The notes beneath the pieces were generated by a model that was not told the origin of the DNA, searched no databases, and was given only the letters and a program-made list of their open reading frames with translations. From Escherichia coli (GTDB lineage: Bacteria > Pseudomonadota > Gammaproteobacteria > Enterobacterales > Enterobacteriaceae): DNA of 64,000 nt. Shown here piece by piece: positions 61,913 to 64,000 of this stretch (within the stretch, counting starts at the first letter, position 1; every line of letters begins with the position of its first letter). The stretch lies in NCBI RefSeq assembly GCF_003334405.1, contig NZ_QOWM01000007.1; one strand, given 5' to 3'. The translations under genes and the position numbers were made by a program.

Positions 61913-61938
61913 AGGCGACTGATGAGTCGCTTTTTTTT
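61913..61938 (+). terminator. pyrE attenuator terminator
   Basis: gcgact-gatg-agtcgc hairpin followed by tttttttt, starting 7 bp after the rph stop and 33 bp before the pyrE ATG. Confidence 0.7.
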
Positions 61939-61970
61939 GTCTGTAGAAAAGTAAGATGAGGAGCGAAGGC

Positions 61971-62612
61971 ATGAAACCATATCAGCGCCAGTTTATTGAA
62001 TTTGCGCTTAGCAAGCAGGTGTTAAAGTTTGGCGAGTTTACGCTGAAATCCGGGCGTAAAAGCCCCTATTTCTTCAACGCCGGGCTGTTTAATACCGGGC
62101 GCGACCTGGCACTGTTAGGCCGTTTTTACGCTGAAGCATTGGTGGACTCCGGCATTGAGTTCGATCTGCTGTTTGGCCCTGCTTACAAAGGGATCCCGAT
62201 TGCCACCACAACCGCCGTGGCGTTGGCGGAGCATCATGACCTGGACCTGCCGTACTGCTTTAACCGCAAAGAGGCAAAAGACCACGGTGAAGGCGGCAAT
62301 CTGGTTGGTAGCGCGTTACAAGGACGCGTAATGCTGGTAGATGATGTGATCACCGCCGGAACGGCGATTCGTGAGTCGATGGAAATTATTCAGGCCAATG
62401 GCGCGACGCTTGCTGGCGTGTTGATTTCGCTCGATCGTCAGGAACGGGGGCGCGGCGAGATTTCGGCGATTCAGGAAGTTGAGCGTGATTACAACTGCAA
62501 AGTGATCTCTATCATCACCCTGAAAGATCTGATTGCTTACCTGGAAGAGAAGCCGGAAATGGCGGAACATCTGGCGGCGGTTAAGGCCTATCGCGAAGAG
62601 TTTGGCGTTTAA
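61971..62612 (+). CDS. pyrE: Orotate phosphoribosyltransferase
   Basis: ORF 61956..62612 trimmed to [21 protein letters not shown]... (213 aa); PRPP-binding motif [14 protein letters not shown]. Confidence 0.95.
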
Positions 62613-62648
62613 AGAAACTCGCCGGATGAAAATTCATCCGGCGTCATA

Positions 62649-63245
62649 TTACTGCAACTGCGCGGCAATTAGCGGCCAGCGGGCGTCAAAATCATCCGTC
62701 GGGCGGTATTTAAATTCGCTGCGGACAAAACGTGACAGCATACCTTCACAGAAGGCCAGGATCTGGCTTGCCAGCAGGGTTTCATCGGTGGTGTAACCTT
62801 CACCCTCACGCATTCTCTTTTCACGCAATACCTGGCGCAGCTGCGCTTCAATACGCTCGAACAGCTGGTTGATGCGCCCTTGCAGGCGATCCTGTTCAAA
62901 CATTAGCGCATGACCAGTGAGGATGCGGGTCAGGCCAGGATTACGCTCACCAAAACCGAGAAGCAGCAACACAATCAGACGCAGGCGCGCTGTGGTGTCT
63001 TTCTCATCTTTCAGAATCAGATTGATGCGAGTAATCAGGCTATCTTCGATAAACTCAATCAGGCTATCGAACATGCGGGTCTTACTGGGGAAGTGGCGAT
63101 ACAGTGCCGCTTCGGAAACGCCGACAGAGGCGGCCAGTTTTGCCGTCGTGATACGTTGGCTTCCATCGCTGGATTCCAGCATCAGCGCCAGAGACTGAAG
63201 TATTTCCTCGCGACGGTTCCTTTTCGCAGTTTGTTTTTCTGCCAT
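62649..63245 (-). CDS. slmA: Nucleoid occlusion factor SlmA (TetR family)
   Basis: ORF 62649..63287 trimmed to [20 protein letters not shown]... (198 aa); N-terminal TetR-type HTH. Confidence 0.9.
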
Positions 63246-63351
63246 GTTACAAAATACCCCTGAAAATAAGCACTTGCCAGGCGGCACCCACGCTATGACC
63301 GCAAACGAAATGTTTGCGGCTATGTTATGACGTTATTCGGATGCGTATGTG

Positions 63352-63810
63352 TTACTGACGACCAGAGTGACCAAAGCCGCCTTCACCGCGGTCGGTGGCG
63401 TCGAAATCTTCCACCAGATTAAATTCAGCCTGTACTACCGGAACAAAAATCATCTGGGCGATGCGTTCGCCAGGTTGAATGGTGAAGCTGTCCTGACCAC
63501 GGTTCCACACGGAAATCATCAACTGGCCCTGATAGTCGGAATCGATCAATCCTACCAGGTTACCAAGCACGATACCGTGCTTATGTCCCAATCCGGAGCG
63601 CGGCAGCATCATTGCCGCCAGTGAAGGATCGGCAATATGAATCGCCAGCCCGGTCGGAACCAGCGTAGTGTCACCCGGAGCCAGTTCTACGGCGTCGTCG
63701 AGACAGGCACGCAGGTCAAGTCCGGCAGAGCCAGAGGTGGCATAAGTCGGGAGCGGAAATTCCTTCCCAACGCGCGGGTCCAGAATCTTAACGTCGATTT
63801 TTTTCATCAT
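63352..63810 (-). CDS. dut: dUTP diphosphatase
   Basis: 152-aa [15 protein letters not shown]... recognised as Dut; start could be the second ATG at 63807. Confidence 0.95.
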
Positions 63811-64000
63811 AACGGGTCACGATCTCGTCGAGTAATAATTGGCCAAGGAGCTCTTTGCGCTCAAGCGGTAAGACTTTATCTCCGTCCTGCCAGAAAAGGT
63901 GTAATGCGTTGTTGTCGCTGTTAAATCCTTGAGTTGGCTGGGAAACATCGTTCGCGCAGATCAGATCAAGGTTTTTACGGATACGTTTTTGCCGGGCGTA
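63788..64000 (-). CDS. coaBC: Phosphopantothenoylcysteine decarboxylase / synthetase, 3' end only (partial)
   Basis: Minus-strand frame ends ...[16 protein letters not shown] then TAA, overlapping the dut start; the N-terminus lies beyond the window end. Confidence 0.75.

Overview
The window reads as Enterobacterial core chromosome, almost certainly Escherichia coli, collinear with the K-12 82-84 min region in reverse orientation: gyrB 3' end, yidB-yidA, yidX, the dgoRKADT operon, cbrA, yidR, yidQ, ibpAB, yidE, yidP, glvC-glvG, yidL, yidKJ, yidIHGF, emrD, tisB/istR, ivbL-ilvBN, uhpABCT, ade, adeQ, yicN, nepI, yicS, nlpA, yicL, setC, tRNA-Sec (selC), yicJI, yicH, xanP, gltS, recG-trmH-spoT-rpoZ-gmk, ligB, yicG, dinD, yicC, rph-pyrE, slmA, dut and the coaBC 3' end. 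Gene calls rest on recognising the translated ORFs and trimming ORF-track N-terminal extensions to the ATG with a plausible Shine-Dalgarno; no search was run. I found no integrase, transposase, IS element, CRISPR array or foreign island, and the selC hotspot looks unoccupied. I did not find an undescribed system here; the best leads are the uncharacterised yidF/yidJKL sulfatase-like cluster, the cbrA-yidR-yidQ trio and the AT-rich spacer beside selC. Two allelic states suggest this is not the MG1655/W3110 lineage: rph is full length (238 aa) and glvC is one fused 538-aa IICB reading frame, while glvG is truncated.
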